From Mobula hypostoma (taxonomy: Eukaryota): a stretch of DNA of 64,000 nt. This document shows positions 37,333 to 51,822 of the stretch, piece after piece. The DNA lies in the NCBI RefSeq assembly GCF_963921235.1, contig NC_086108.1, positions 48,982,001 to 49,046,000 of the forward strand, in the 5' to 3' direction. Each line of letters starts with the position of its first letter. Within the stretch, counting starts at the first letter, position 1. The notes under the pieces are model-generated. The model was given only the letters and a program-made list of their open reading frames with translations. It made no database searches and had not been told where the DNA came from. A program made the position numbers and the translations under genes.

Positions 37333-40042
37333 AAACATAGAAAACCTACAGCACAATACAGGCCCTTCGGCCCACAAAATTGTGCCGAACATGTCCCTAC
37401 CTTAGAAATTACTAGGGTTACCCATAGCCCTCTATTTTTCTAAGCTCCATGTACCTATCCAAAAGTCTCTTATAAGACCCTATCATATCTACCTCCACCA
37501 CTGTTGCCGGCAGTCCATTCCATGCACTCACCACTCTCTGCATAAAAAACTTACTCCTGACATCTCCTCTGTACCTACTCCCAAGCACCTTAAACCTGTG
37601 CCCTCTTGTGGCAAGCATTTCAGCTCTGGGAAAAAGCTCTGACTATCTACACAATCAATGCCTATCATCATCTTATACACCTCTATCAGGTCACCTCTCA
37701 TCCTCCGTCACTCCAAGGAGAAAAGGCCGAGTTCACTCAACCTGTTTTCATAAGGCATGCTCCCCAAACCAGACAACATCCTTGTAAATCTCCTCTGCAC
37801 CCTTTCTATGGCTTCCACATCCTTCCTGTAGTGAGGTAACCAGAACTGAGCACAGTACTCCAAGTGGGGTCTGACCAGGGTCCTATATAGCTGCAACATT
37901 ACCTCCCAGCTCCTAAATTCAATTCCACGATTGATAAAGGCCACTATGCCATATGCCTTCTTAACCACAGAGTCAACCTGCGCAGCTGCTTTGAGCGTCC
38001 TATGGACTCGGACCCCAAGATCCCTCTGATCTTCCAGACTGCCAAGAGTCTTACCATTAATACAATATTCTGCCATCATATTTGACCTACCAAACTGAAC
38101 CACTTCACACTTATCTGGGTCGAACTCCATCTGGCACTTCTCAGCTCAGTTTTGCATCCAATCAATGTCCCGCTGCAACCTCCGACAGCCCTCTACACTA
38201 TCAACAACACCCCCAACCTTTATGTCATCAGCAAACTTACTAATCCATCCCTCCACTTCCTCATCCAGGTCATTTATAAAAATCATGAAGAGTAAAGATC
38301 CCAGAACTGATCCCTGAGGCACACCACTGGTGACCGACCTCCATGCAGAATATGACCCATCTACAACTACTCTTTGCCTTCTGTGGGCAAGCCAGTTCTG
38401 GATCCACAAAGCAATGTCCCCTTGGATCCCATGCTGAAATCCATATACACTACATCTACTGCTCTTCCTTCATCAATGTGTTTAGTTATATCCTCAAAAA
38501 ATTCAATCAGGCTTGTAAGGCACAACCTGCCCTTGAAAAAGCCATGCTGACTATTCCTAATCATATTATACCTCTCCAAATGTTCATAAATCTTCTCCAT
38601 CAACTTACCAACCACTGAAGTAAGACTCACTGGTCTATAATTTCCTGGGCTATCTCTACTCCCTTTCTTGAATAAGGGAAAAACATCCGCAACCCTCCAA
38701 ACCTCTGGAACCTCTCCCATCCCCATTGATGATGCAAAGATCATTGCCAGAGGCTCAGCAATCTCCTCCCTTGCCTCCCACAGTAGCCTGGGGTACATCT
38801 CATCCAGTCCTGGCCACTTACTTAACTTGATGCTTTCCAAAAGCTCCAGCACATCCTCTTTCTTAATATCTACATGCCCAAGCTTTTCAGTCTGCTGCAA
38901 GTCAGCACTACAATCACCAAGATCCTTTTCCGTAGTGAATACTGAAGTAAAGTATTCATTAAGTACCTCTGCTATTTCCTCCGGTTCCATACACACTTTC
39001 CCACTGTCACACTTGATAGGCCCTATTCTTTCACATCTTATCCTCTTGCTCTTCACATACTTGTAGAATGCCTTGGGGGTTTTCCTTAATCCTACCTGCC
39101 AAGGCCTTGTCATGGCTGCTGCTGGCTCTCCTAATTTCCTTCTTAAACTCATTCCTGTGAGCCTTATAATCCAGATCTCTAACATTATCTAGCTCTTTGA
39201 ACCTTTTGTAAGCTTTTCTTCTTGACTAGATTTACTACAGCCTTTGTACACCACGGTTCCTGTATCCTACCATAACCTCCCTGTCTCATTGGAACGTACC
39301 TATGCAGAACTCCATACAAATATCCCCTGAACATTTGCTACATTTCTTCCATACCTTTCCCTGAGAACATCTGTTCCCAATTTAAGCTTCCAAGTTCCTG
39401 CTTCATAATTCCCCTTACTCCAAATAAATGCTTTTCTAACTTGTCTGTTCCTATCTCTCTCCAGTGCTATTGTAAAGGAGATAGAATTATGATCACCGTC
39501 TCCAAAATGCTCTCCCGCTAAGAGATCTGACACCTGACCAGGTTCATTTCCCAACAGCAAATCAAGTACAGTCTCTCCTCTTGTAGGCTTATCCACATAT
39601 TGTGTCAAGAAACCTTCCCGAACACACCTAACAAACTCCACCTCATCTAAACCCCTTGCTCTAGGGAGATGCCAATCGATATTTGGGAAATTAAAATCTC
39701 CTACCATGACAACTCTGTTATTATTACGCCTTTACAGGATCTGTTTCCCTATCCGCTCCTTAATATCCCTGTTACTATTGGGCAGCCTATAAAAAACACC
39801 CAGTAGAGTTATTGACCCCTTCCTGTTCCTAACCTCCACCCAGAGACTCCGTAGACAATCCCTCCATGACAACCCCCTTTTCTGCAGCCATGACACTATC
39901 TCTGATCAACAGTGCCACACCCCCACCTCTTTTGCCTCCCTCCCTGTCCTCTCTGAAACATCTAAAACCCGGCACTTGAAGTAACCATTCCTGTCCCTGA
40001 GCCATCCAAGTCTCTGTAATGGGCACCACATCATAGCTCCAA
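37333..40042 (-). mobile_element. 5'-truncated CR1 LINE ORF2 (third family), nested in CR1 ORF1
   Basis: Endonuclease (ITETW, GGGVALLIR, GDFN) and RT ORF fragments 37418-40029; tail gtttctatgtttct. Confidence 0.92.
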
Positions 40043-40089
40043 GAAGGTTTAAACTAATCTGGCAGAGGGATGAGGACTGGAATGAAGGG

Positions 40090-40570
40090 CCTCACCACCA
40101 TTGCACCCATCTACACGGAGAGCTGTTGTAGTAAAACAACGTTCATCAAGGACCCCCACCATCTAGGCCATGCTCTCTTCTTGCTGCTGCCATCAGGAAG
40201 GGAGATGAAGGAGCCTCATGTTCCACACCACCAGATTCAAGAACATTACCCCTCAACCGTGAGCCAGAGGAGATAACATCATTCAACATCACTCACCCTA
40301 ACACTGATCCCACAACCTATGGGCTCACCTTCAAGGACTCCAACTTGTGTTCTTGATATTTATAGCTTATTTATTATTATTTTGTTTTTGTATTTGCCCA
40401 GTTTGTTGTCTTTTGCACATTGATTGCTGTCATTCTTTGTTGTGTGCAGTTTTCCATTGATTCTATTGAGTTCCTTTGTATTTATTGTGAATGCCTTCAA
40501 GAAAATGAATCTCAGTATAGTATATGGTGAGATATACAGTATGTACTTTGATAACAAATTTACTTTGAAC
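40090..40570 (+). mobile_element. Rex1/Babar-type 3' fragment
   Basis: IKDPHHLGHALFLLLPSGR; tail gataacaaatttactttgaac. Confidence 0.65.
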
Positions 40571-40574
40571 CTCT

Positions 40575-41395
40575 TCCCCTGTAGGCACTATCCCTACAAC
40601 CACACTAAGTGATGCACATGTCCCTACACCTCCTCTTTCACCACCATCCAGGGCCCTAAACAGTCCTCGCAGTTGAGACAGCCTTTCACATGTGCATCCA
40701 TCAAATGTAATTTATTGCACCCGGTGCAGTATCCTCCACAACACATCGGCTAGACAAAATGCTGAGGGACATTGAGCACCTTCAATTCTTCCACCATACC
40801 AGCCAAGTTCTCTCACTGGCCAACCATTCCAATTCCGCTTTCCGCTTCTGTACATGGCCTCTTCCACTGCCTAGTCAAGGCTAGATAAGATTAAAAGAAC
40901 AGCACTTTATATTCTACCTTGGTAGTCTCCAACCTGATGGCACGAACTTTGACATCTAACTTTGCTGCCTCCTGCTTTTATTTTCCCCTGGTCCCATTGT
41001 CCTCATCACCGTATCTCTTAACCCTCTCCATTTGCTCATCACCATCACATGGTCCGCATCTCCATGATCCACTGTTCTCTCAGATTCCATCTTCTTCGGC
41101 CTTTTGTCTCTTCCATCTACCATTTCCCAGTTTCATTACATCATTTCCACACTCCTCCATCCCCCACCCCCACCTCACTTGATTCCACGTATCACCCATC
41201 AGCTCTTGCTCAACCCTTTCCCTCTCCTTATTCTACTGGCTATCTCCCCTTTCTTTTCAAGTCTTGATAAAGGGTTGCAACATAAACTGTCGACTGTTCA
41301 TTTCCCTCCACAGATGCTTCCTCACCTGGGTGAATTTGTCCAGCTTCTTTTTGTGTTGCTTCAGGTTTCCACATCTGCACTCACTTGTGTCTCGA
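40575..41395 (+). mobile_element. Decayed Penelope-like 3' portion (GIY-YIG and terminus)
   Basis: Homologous to the reverse complement of about 2470-3270; ends with a degenerate hammerhead motif and catctgcactcacttgtgtc. Confidence 0.7.
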
Positions 41396-42078
41396 TTCTT
41401 AAAATCTCTTCCTTCATTTTACATTCCAGTATCTTAACTATGTCTGCTTTTTCTACTTTCCCTATTCCTCTTTTCTAATTAGTAGGATCACATTTGCTTC
41501 CTCCTATCCACTAAAATATTATATCCCTCCTCAGTCCACTAATCACTTTGTATTCCTATCCCAATACTCGCCTTCCCTTCTTGCAGAACACTGTTGCTCC
41601 AGGCAACAGCAACTGCAGTCTTTAGTTTATCCAATGTTTCCGGCTTTTTGCTTTTTCTTAACTCAGCTCAATTTGATTCTCTGTTAACTAAGATAATTTT
41701 TCACCACGGCACTGATTTCCTCCATTATTAATAATGGTATCCTTTACCTTTATGCCTCTCTTTCATTATATGTTGAATACTCTGACGTAATTAAAACTTA
41801 GCTTTGACCATCCTGCAGTCACATTTTCAAATCAGCAATTAGACCATACTTGTTTACCATTATTTGTGCCAGTACTTAATTTACTGAGTTGCAAATGCTG
41901 TATGCATTTAGATATGATATCTTTTATTTTCTCATCTTAACATTGTCTGTTCCTTTATTTTTGCTATTTATTTTGTATACTCTTTTTCTAACTTCCTTTT
42001 GCTGCTTTGCACCACTCCAAATTCTATTTCAAATTCCCATCCGCACAACTAGCTAGTTCACACCACCCTGCAAGTATG

Positions 42079-42539
42079 TTTCCATAGATGCACTGCAACT
42101 TACAAGGTCATAGAAAAGTACAGCACATAAACAAGCCCTTTGGCCCATCTAGTATGTACCAAACCATTTAAACTCCCATTGAACTGCACTGGGGCCATAG
42201 TCCTGCATAACCCTACCATTCATGTACATGTCCAAACTTATCTTAAAAATTAAAATTGAGCTTGCATGCACCATTGTGCTGGCAGCTCGTTCCACACTCT
42301 CAAGACCCTCTGGGTGACGATTCCCTTCATGTTCCCCTTAAATTTTTCACCTTTCACCCTTAACACATGGCTTCTACTAGATGCAGTCCCACCTACCTCA
42401 ATAGAAAAAGCCTGCTTATACGTACCCTACCTATACCCCTCATAATTTTGTATACCTCTATGAAATTTCCTCTCAATCTACATCCAAGGTATAAAGACTC
42501 AACCTATTCAGTCTTTGCTTGTAACTTAGGTCCTCCAGA
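42079..42539. repeat. About 460-bp direct duplication, copy 1 (CR1 3' fragment plus flank)
   Basis: Near-identical to 59272-59735. Confidence 0.85.
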
Positions 42540-42889
42540 CCCGGTTGGTCTAGAGGTGCAACCTGTCCCCAAAAATACTTCCAGTGCCTCAGAGGTCTAG
42601 AGCCTCTTTCCTGCTGCATCTTTCCAACCATGCGTTCAAATACTCTGATCACCCATTTTTATAATTATGAGCATGTAGCATGTTCTTTTTAATCTCTTTC
42701 CTAGCTCCTTTATCTCGCCCTACAGAATCCATGCCATTGGTACTGATGTGGAATATATCTCCTAAAAGGATACAATGCATTTTTCTGTAATTTTCTTCAT
42801 CCTGACATTAGAGATGCAACATACCATCTAGGCATCACATTCAGGGCTACATAAATAGGAGGAATAGGAGGAGAAGCTTAGGAGGAGAC

Positions 42890-43718
42890 AATGGCGCCTA
42901 ACGGCGACTCCTATGCTTGCATCTTCAGAAACAGCTCTATTTCTATACTAAATATCTCTGATTTTTCCCTTTCATGGTTCTTTTGAAGACCCTGACCTGG
43001 AGTTACACACTGACTTCCGTTCTTTGTGGGAATGGGATCTGCTCTCAGGGTTTCACAACTGGCTGTTGTTCGATATGCCAAGGATGCGGCCTAAGAGGTT
43101 AGCTTGCCTTCAGAGTTCCGGGATCTCATGGCTCTGGAGACGGGTGGACCGAAGGTCAGTATCTCTGCAGGAATTCAATGTGCTGTTGGAGGCAGAAGAT
43201 CGAAAGCAGCAAGCTGGCTGCTGGCTGTATGCCCAGAGACCTGAGTTCTTTGGGCACAGAACTCGGAAAAAGCAACGCAACAGACTTTTAACATCGTAAA
43301 TCAATGAGTTGTTTGTTATGTCCCCCCTCTCGCTGTGAAATGGAGACTTCTCTTTCTCCCTTATTAGGGGGAGAGAGTGAGAGCCTGTGATATGTCGAAT
43401 ACCGGGAGAACGAGTAGTCCTTGGGGTACTGCAAGTCTATGTCTTTGCTGGTGCTTTGCTGCAACAGTTGAGTGGTCAGTGGTGGGTGCCGATGATTTTT
43501 TCTGTTGGTGGCGGGGGGGGATTGTTGCTTTGCTGCTGCTTACATGTGGGAGAGGGTAGCTAGGGAGGGTTGGGGTTCTAACATTTAACTGTCATTCATT
43601 CCTTGGGGGCACTCCTCTGTTTTTGTGGATGGTTGAGAAGAAGAAGTATTTCAGGATGTTAACATTGTATACATTTCTCTGACATTAAATGTACCTTTGA
43701 AACCTCTGAAACTTTGAA
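42890..43718 (+). mobile_element. Non-coding retroposon-like element
   Basis: Begins aatggcgcc and ends in a short-repeat tail cctttgaaacctctgaaactttgaa; 3' part shared with 1153-1340. Confidence 0.55.
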
Positions 43719-44188
43719 CATTGGTCTGTCCCATTAACTGCCAAATTCCCTATCACTTTTGATCTTTCACACTTCACGCTCTATGCAATTGATCCAATCA
43801 TAGTACTGTGCACTGGATCTGAATCTAAGGGACCATCACATCCATCATTATATGAAGGGGATATTCGGTTACAGAATGACCTTGACTAGAGGACTCCTGC
43901 ATTACTTATCTGCTCTTCCTTGTTTATCTGATGATCTGTGTCTGCCTCTGTAAGCTGTGGTGTGACCACTTCTTTAAACTTGCTATCTGCATATAGCTCC
44001 AGCTGCAACTTCAGCTCCTAAATAAACATGGAATTGGAATTGAAATGATATTTGCAGAGACAATGCCCTTATGTGATTCTCTGGAATACAGGAATAATCT
44101 ATCTCTTCCCATGTAATCCAGAATGTGCATTCCACTTGGCTGAGCTGCCCAGGAATGCACATCGTGCTCTGTGTGGGGTGGCACATAT

Positions 44189-47067
44189 CATAGAAACATA
44201 GAAACATAGAAAATAGGTGCAGGAGTAGGCCATTCGGCCCTTCGAGCCTGCACCGCCATTTATTATGATCATGGCTGATCATCCAACTCAGAACCCAGCC
44301 TTCCCTCCATACCCCCTGACCCCTGTAGCCACAAGGGCCATATCTAACTTCCTTTTAAACATAGCTAATGAACTGGCCTCAACAGTTTGCTGTGGCAGAG
44401 AATTCCACAGATTCACCACTCTCTGTGTGAAGAAGTTTTTCCTAACCTCGGTCCTAAAAGGCTTCCCCTCTATCCTCAAACTGTGACCCCTCGTTCTAGA
44501 CCTCCCCAACATCGGGAACAATCTTCCTGCATCTAGCCTGTCCAATCCCTTTAGGATCTTATACGTTTCAATCAGATCCCCCCTCAATCTTCTAAATTCC
44601 AACGAGTACAAGCCCAGTTCATCCAGTCTTTCTTCATATGAAAGACCTGCCATCCCAGGAATCAATCTGGTGAACCTTCTTTGTACTCCCTCTATGGCAA
44701 AGATGTCTTTCCTCAGATTAGGGGACCAAAACTGCACACAATACTCCAGGTGTGGTCTCACCAAGGCCTTGTACAACTGCAGTAGTACCTCCCTGCTCCT
44801 GTACTCGAATCCTCTCGCTATAAATGCCAGCATACCGTTCGCCTTTTTCACCGCCTGCTGTACCTGCATGCCCACTTTCAATGACTGGTGTATAATGACA
44901 CCCAGGTCTCGTTGCACCTCCCCTTTTCCTAATCGGCCACCATTCAGATAATAATCTGTTTTCCTATTTTTGCCACCAAAGTGGATAACTTCACATTTAT
45001 CCACATTAAATTGCATCTGCCATGAGTTTGCCCACTCACCCAACCTATCCAAGTCACCCTGCATCCTCTTAGCATCCTCCTCACTGCTAACACTGCCACC
45101 CAGCTTCGTGTCATCCGCAAACTTGGAGATGCTGCATTTAATTCCCTCATCCAAGTCATTAATATATATTGTAAACAACTGGGGTCCCAGCACTGAGCCT
45201 TGCGGTACCCCACTAGTCACCGCCTGCCATTCTGAAAAGGTCCCGTTTATTCCCACTCTTTGCTTCCTGTCTGCTAACCAATTCTCCACCCACACCAATA
45301 CCTTACCCCCAATACCGTGTGCTTTAAGTTTGCACACTAATCTCCTATGTGGGACCTTGTCAAAAGCCTTTTGAAAATCCAAATATACCACATCCACTGG
45401 TTCTCCCCTATCCACTCTACTAGTTACATCCTCAAAAAATTCTATGAGATTCGTCAGACATGATTTTCCTTTCACAAATCCATGCTGACTTTGTCCGATC
45501 ATTTCACCGCTTTCCAAATGCGCTGTTATCACATCCTTGATAACTGACTCCAGCAGTTTCCCCACCACCGACGTTAGGCTAACCGGCCTATAATTCCCCG
45601 GTTTCTCTCTCCCTCCTTTTTTAAAAAGTGGGGTTACATTAGCCACCCTCCAATCCTCAGGAACTAGTCCAGAATCTAACGAGTTTTGAAAAATTATCAC
45701 TAATGCATCCACTATTTCTTGGGCCACTTCCTTAAGCACTCTGGGATGCAGACCATCTGGCCCTGGGGATTTATCTGCCTTCAATCCCTTCAATTTACCT
45801 AACACCACTTCCCTACTAACATGTATTTCGCTCAGTTCCTCCATCTCACTGGACCCTCTGTCCCTTACTATTTCTGGAAGATTATTTATGTCCTCCTTAG
45901 TGAAGACAGAACCAAAGTAATTATTCAATTGGTCTGCCATGTCCTTGCTCCCCATAATCAATTCACCTGTTTCTGTTTGCAGGGGACCTACATTTGTCTT
46001 TATCAGTCTTTTCCTTTTTACATATCTATAAAAGCTTTTACAGTCCGTTTTTATGTTCTCTGCCAGTTTTCTCTCATAATCTTTTTTCCCCTTCCTAATT
46101 AAGCCCTTTGTCCTCCTCTGCTGAACTCTGAATTTCTCCCAGTCCTCAGGTGAGCCACTTTCTCTGGCTAATTTGTATGCTACTTCTTTGGAATTGATAC
46201 TATCCCTAATTTCTCTTGTCAGCCACGGGTGCACTACCTTCCTTGATTTATTCTTTTGCCAAACTGGGATGAACAATTGTTGTAGTTCATCCATGCAACC
46301 TTTAAATGCCTGCCATTGCATATCCACCGTCAATCCTTGAAGTGTCATTTGCCAGTCTATCTTAGCTAATTCATGTCTCATACCTTCAAAGTTACCCCTC
46401 TTTAAGTTCAGAACCTTTGTTTCTGAATTAACTACGTCACTCTCCATGTTAATGAAGAATTCCACCATATTATGGTCACTCTTACCCAAGGGGCCTCTCA
46501 CGACAAGATCGCTAATTAACCCTTCCTCATTGCTCAAAACCCAGTCCAGAATAGCCTGCTCTCTAGTCGGTTCCTCGACATGTTGGTTCAAAAAACCATC
46601 CCGCATACATTCCAAGAAATCCTCTTCCTCAGCACCTTTACCAATTTGGTTCACCCAGTCTACATGTAGATTGAAGTCACCCATTATAACTGCTGTTCCT
46701 TTATTGCACACATTTCTAATTTCCTGTTTAATACCATCTCCGACCTCACTACTACTGTTAGGTGGCCTGTACACAACTCCCACCAGCGTCTTCTGCCCCT
46801 TAGTGTTACGCAGCTCTACCCATATCGATTCCACATCTTCCCGGCTTATGTCCTTCCTTTCTATTGCGTTAATCTCTTTTTTAACCAGCAACGCCACCCC
46901 ACCTCCCCTTCCTTCGTGTCTATCCCTCCTGAATATTGAATATCCCTGAACGTTGAGCTCCCACCCCTGGTCACCCTGGAGCCATGTCTCTGTGATCCCA
47001 ACTATATCATAATCATTAATAACAATCTGCACTTTCAATTCATCCACCTTATTACGAATGCTCCTTG
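44189..47067 (-). mobile_element. Young 5'-truncated CR1 LINE with an uninterrupted ORF2 (APE endonuclease and RT, about 925 codons)
   Basis: ORF 44288-47089 has no stop; homology to the full-length copy ends at 47067; (TTTCTATG)n tail at 44189. Confidence 0.97.
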
Positions 47068-48534
47068 AAATATCGATTTCAAGATGCAAATGTTTTACTG
47101 AAGGTCATTCTGCCTTCAATCTCTGCACCTTCACTACAATCGGAAAGGTGGCTGTTGGGTAACAATGACCATCTTCTGGTCACCCTATCCATTCACAAAT
47201 ACTCCGGTGCAAAACCAACACAAAGGCAACAGGAACAATGAAAGTCATCACGCTATACATAATCCACCTAAGCTGCTGTAATACTCAAACAAATGCTCTG
47301 TTGCCTGTACCACTATGGATGAACTCTGCACCATTCAGCAGAATGGGTCGCAAGACACGAGGTGGTATTGTACAGATCTTCCTACCATCAACTCCAAGGA
47401 ATACCAGAAGGATGCAATCTGGTGAGCCAGGCTTCTGATTGGGCTGTTAAGACCAACTACTACCTTTAAGCATTTATTCCCCAATGTGTATACTCAGTTT
47501 ACAATGACCTCGGATGACCTTCCGCCATACTGTGTGTACAATGTCTGGTTTCTGGTAACAGATTCTCAATTCAACATGTTTTAACCCCTATTGTTAAAAT
47601 GGCAAAGGAAAACAACATTTTCAGGAGAAAAACTAGAACTTAAATCTGTTAAAGAGTTTCTAGTTTGGAATTTAAAATACTAGCCAGAAGACAATGGAGA
47701 ATATTTGTCTGCAAATAAGCTACTGAATTTACCAATAACTTTATGTTGGGAAGAATAAATTCCAACCTCAGTACAAAGATTAATAATTATTTTTTCCCAC
47801 TTTTTTTGAATTAAACATAGACCAAGCCAAATGCCAGGAATTTTACAGTGTGTACCCATTAGAGGCTTCAGTTGGTTGCCCAACTGAAATCATCAGCCGA
47901 GTCCTTTGTACAACTGTTTCATCCACCTGCCTGGCTATAATCTATGTATAATTTCATAATAAGCAACATTATACAAAGTGTTTTCATCTGAGTTTGTGCT
48001 GCAAATCTAAAATTTAAAAATGATTTGATCTTTACTTAGTCTTCCACAAGTTAGGCCAAGTAGTTAGGACTTAAGATTTTTCTTTTCAAATAGAAAAGTT
48101 GATTTAAGCTGTGTTGGTGGGAAAGCAATATGCTTTTGCTATCTGCAGACTTGTGTAGAGAAAATTAGTGTGATTTGAGTAGGTGAATTAAACTTTAGGA
48201 CACATAAACTTCAATAGGTCTCTGGCTTACTGCTCACCACGAACATACCACTCCAATTATGACCATCACACTCTATACATAGTAGTAAAAATTATGGCGC
48301 TAGGTTTATTGTCTGATTCTGATGGTGTTAGTTGTTATTATGTGTAACCTTGTCCAGACAGAAGTGTGCCACTACAAAGAAGTGATTTTGGTTAATATGT
48401 TGTTACGGTTCAATAGCTGGCAGTATAAGTTGTGAAAAGTGGATATGAGCCTTGGTGTGAAGGGATGTGAGAACATGGTGGGCTTTCTAAATATTTTATA
48501 ATAAAAATCCTGAATGGAACAATATAGGTCTACA

Positions 48535-48745
48535 ACACACACAGGAAAAAAAAATCAAAATGCTGGAAGAACTTAGCCGGTCAGGCAGCCATCTGTTTTA
48601 GAAAATGGACAGATGTTCTGGTTTGAGATCCTCCATCTGGAGTAAGAGTTAGAGGAAATATAGCCAATAGACAAAGGTAAAGGAATCAGTGCTGACAAGA
48701 TTCAAGCACTTTGGTCCAGATTATTTCATCTGCAGTCTCTTGTTT
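48535..48745. mobile_element. Decayed Penelope-terminus remnant
   Basis: aaaatgctggaagaacttagccggtcaggcagc ... catctgcagtctcttgtt. Confidence 0.5.
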
Positions 48746-49254
48746 TTTAGGTTAATGACTAATGGAATTTTGGCGCATTGAGCAATATGTGATGAGTTGA
48801 TGATGTTTGCTCAAAAAACTTGTCCATGTATCCGAGATCTCTTAACATTTTGCAGCTCTGCATTCAGAACATCAACTCCTCACATTCACCTCCAAAGCTG
48901 GATCTTTCTGCTACCTTTTATTGGACCAAGAGCCCCTTGGCTTCTACAGGTACAGAACAACAGTCATCCTCTCTACTCCCTCCACAAGAACTTTCACCAG
49001 ATGTTACGTGAAATGTGGAATATATTTGCTTCTCTGAAGATCTTCAAAATGGCTTCTACTACTAGCTGCGATTTTACTATCTACCCACAAGAAGATACAG
49101 GTTTTCTAAAGCAGTGCAAGATGATCTGAATTGGTACTAGCCACATTGGTACAATGTGGTCAACCCTGTTGATAACTTAGACTGGTAAAGAAAGATGACG
49201 TGGAATAATTTATAATTTTTCTCATCACACAGGATATCAATTGCTTTGAATAGA

Positions 49255-49860
49255 AAATTTTCAGTACTGTGGAAGTGTGGAAAAAACTTGGAGCAATTCA
49301 ATGTTGAAATTGCAGGAAAGAACTTGGAAGGAGGCAACACATCCAAGAACTTTGGAAAGCAAATCACTGAGATTTATTTCAAGTGTGAAAGAATTGAAAA
49401 GCAGAAACCTATTAAACTTGTAAAGATCTTGGTCAAACTACACTTTGAAAATGATACATCATTCTGGTCACCATAAAAGACATTGTGGAAGATGAAACAA
49501 ATATTTACAAGGATGATATGAAACAATTGATCAGTTCAACACTCTTTTAACTCAAAAAAGAGTGAAATGTCTAAAGAGTTTTCTCATTAATCCTTATTAA
49601 AGGATTTGATCAAAAATAGAAATTTCCTCTTGAATTGATAAATAGGAGACAAATCATAAAGAACATAAGTCACTAATAAATCTATTTCAAAATTTGAGAA
49701 ATATCTTTATCCAGAAAGTTGTTAAACGTGGAATGTAAATAATGAGAAGCAGTTGAGGCTAATTGCATGAATGCCTTTAAAAGAATTCTAAATAACTACA
49801 TAAAGAAGATTTGAATGCAACAACGTGCCAATAGGTTAGACGAAGAAATCTGGGCTTATT
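49255..49860 (+). mobile_element. Ancient CR1 3' remnant
   Basis: Degenerate ttggtcaaactacactttgaaa..ttctggtcacca ([12 protein letters not shown]) region. Confidence 0.45.
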
Positions 49861-50617
49861 CAGGGTATAAATACTGGTATATGCCAGTTGGTTATGAATT
49901 AATAGCTTTAGTGAGATATACTGGAAACTTTTAAATGTGATGTATACAGTTCTGGCATATAGGCATCCAAGGTGATATGCTTTACTACTGGATACACAAA
50001 CTCAGAAATTTTTTATTCTATATACAAATTTCAGCTCCAAACCAAGTGCATGGTTATGGTTGCCTTTGTACCTTCATGGTCCCAGGTTTCAGCCCTGATT
50101 TCTGGTGAATTACATAGTAATTTTAACCAGTAATTGGGCATTTTGAACTCGAGGGGGTTACAAAATAGTCAAGGTTCTAATTCCTCATTGCTGTTTAATG
50201 ACCTGCATACTGTTTTATGGTGTCATGAACTGAGAATAGGATTGAGTTCATTGGTGTTCTCTCCAAAGGCCCATGATGATTATTAAGCCGCAGCCAGCAA
50301 CTTAAAGAATGTGGGGAAATAAGAAAACATTATGTGAGAAATCAAAAATTTCACCTTCTTTAACGTATTACCAAATAATGCCTAAAATCTAATTTAATTA
50401 TTTAAAACAGAACACTGTACTTGCAATGTTCATGTTTTAATAGATTATTTAACAAAACAATAGCCTTTTGTAGCACAAAATCTAATATAATTACATTTTA
50501 ATAGCAAATAGTTCAAGGTTTCCATTGCTAAATTGTTTCCAGTGTCATCACCTCTCTAGAATTAAAATATTCTTCAAAAATATTTGTGTTAGTAGGTATG
50601 AATGAAAACTATATTTA

Positions 50618-50815
<198 letters not shown>

Positions 50816-50994
50816 TTAAACCTCTTGATAAATAAAAGATCAAATTCTATGGAAAGTTGAATTAAATTTAAATGCTATTAAATCAATTAAGCTGAACAAT
50901 CACATTTCAATAAGGGAAAAGGCATTCAATAAAAGAATACCCACTTACATGCCATTTGTGTCCCCTTTCCCATTGTCACAATGGCCTGACCATG

Positions 50995-51505
50995 CATAAG
51001 ACTATAAGATATATGATCAGAATTGGGCCAGTTAGCCCTTCGAATCTATTCCACCATTCCATCATGGCTGATCTAGTTCCCTCTCAGCTGCCACCTGCTG
51101 CCTGCCTTCCCCCCCATATTCCTTTGTGCCCTGACTAATCAAGAATCTATTAACCTCTGCCTTAAATATACCCAATGACTTGGCCTCCACAGTCGCTTGT
51201 AGCAACAATGAAGTTCCACAGATTCACCACTCTCTGGCTAAAGAAATTCCTCACGTCTATTCTAAAAGGACACCCTTCTATTCTGAGGCTGTGTCCTCTG
51301 GTTTCAGACTCTCCTACGACACGAAACATCTCCACATCCATTTTATTAAGGCCTTTGAACATTCGATACGTTTCAGTGAGATCCCACTCATTCATCTGAA
51401 TTCCAGTAAGTACAGGCCCAAAGCTATCAAATGCTCCTCATATGATAAGCCTTTCAATCCCAGAATTATATCCGTGATCTCCTTTGAACTCCCTCCAATG
51501 TCAGC
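50995..51505 (-). mobile_element. Older CR1 3' end, split by the full-length CR1 and continuing at 56041-57210
   Basis: ...ctccaatgtcagc|insertion|cctttttcagata... rejoins as continuous CR1 sequence. Confidence 0.8.
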
Positions 51506-51822
51506 GAAGAAGGAGTCTGAGAGTCTGAGTGGGAGTGCCGAGAAAGATATTTTTGAAATTTTCGTTTTTTTTTCTCCAACGGCGTTCTGAGAGGCGGGAC
51601 TGCGCAGGCATGTGACGTCGGGCAGTGCAGCGCGGCAGATTTAAAAGGGCAGAAATCCTGCTTCAGGTTTGATTCGAAGAAGGAGTCTGAGAGTCTGAGT
51701 GGGAGTGCCGAGAAAGATATTTTTGAAATTTTCGTTATTTTTTTTTCTCCAACAGCGTTCTGAGAGGCGGGACTGCTCAGGCATGTGACGTCGGGCTGTG
51801 CAGCGCGGCAGATTTAAAAGGA
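51506..51822 (+). promoter_or_regulatory. Tandem 170-bp CpG-rich CR1 5' monomers (putative Pol II promoter)
   Basis: Units start at 51506 and 51676; each has GAGGCGGGAC, TGACGTCG and GATTTAAAAG. Confidence 0.7.

Noticed and set aside
44670..46949. Antisense ORFs over the CR1 RT, repeated at 54861-55565
   Set aside because: They recur only because the CR1 copies are near-identical, and they have no recognisable domain.
47068..47089. Apparent start 'MHLEIDIS' of the 933-aa ORF
   Set aside because: It is a TTG start in flanking DNA beyond the CR1 truncation point and is not part of the element.
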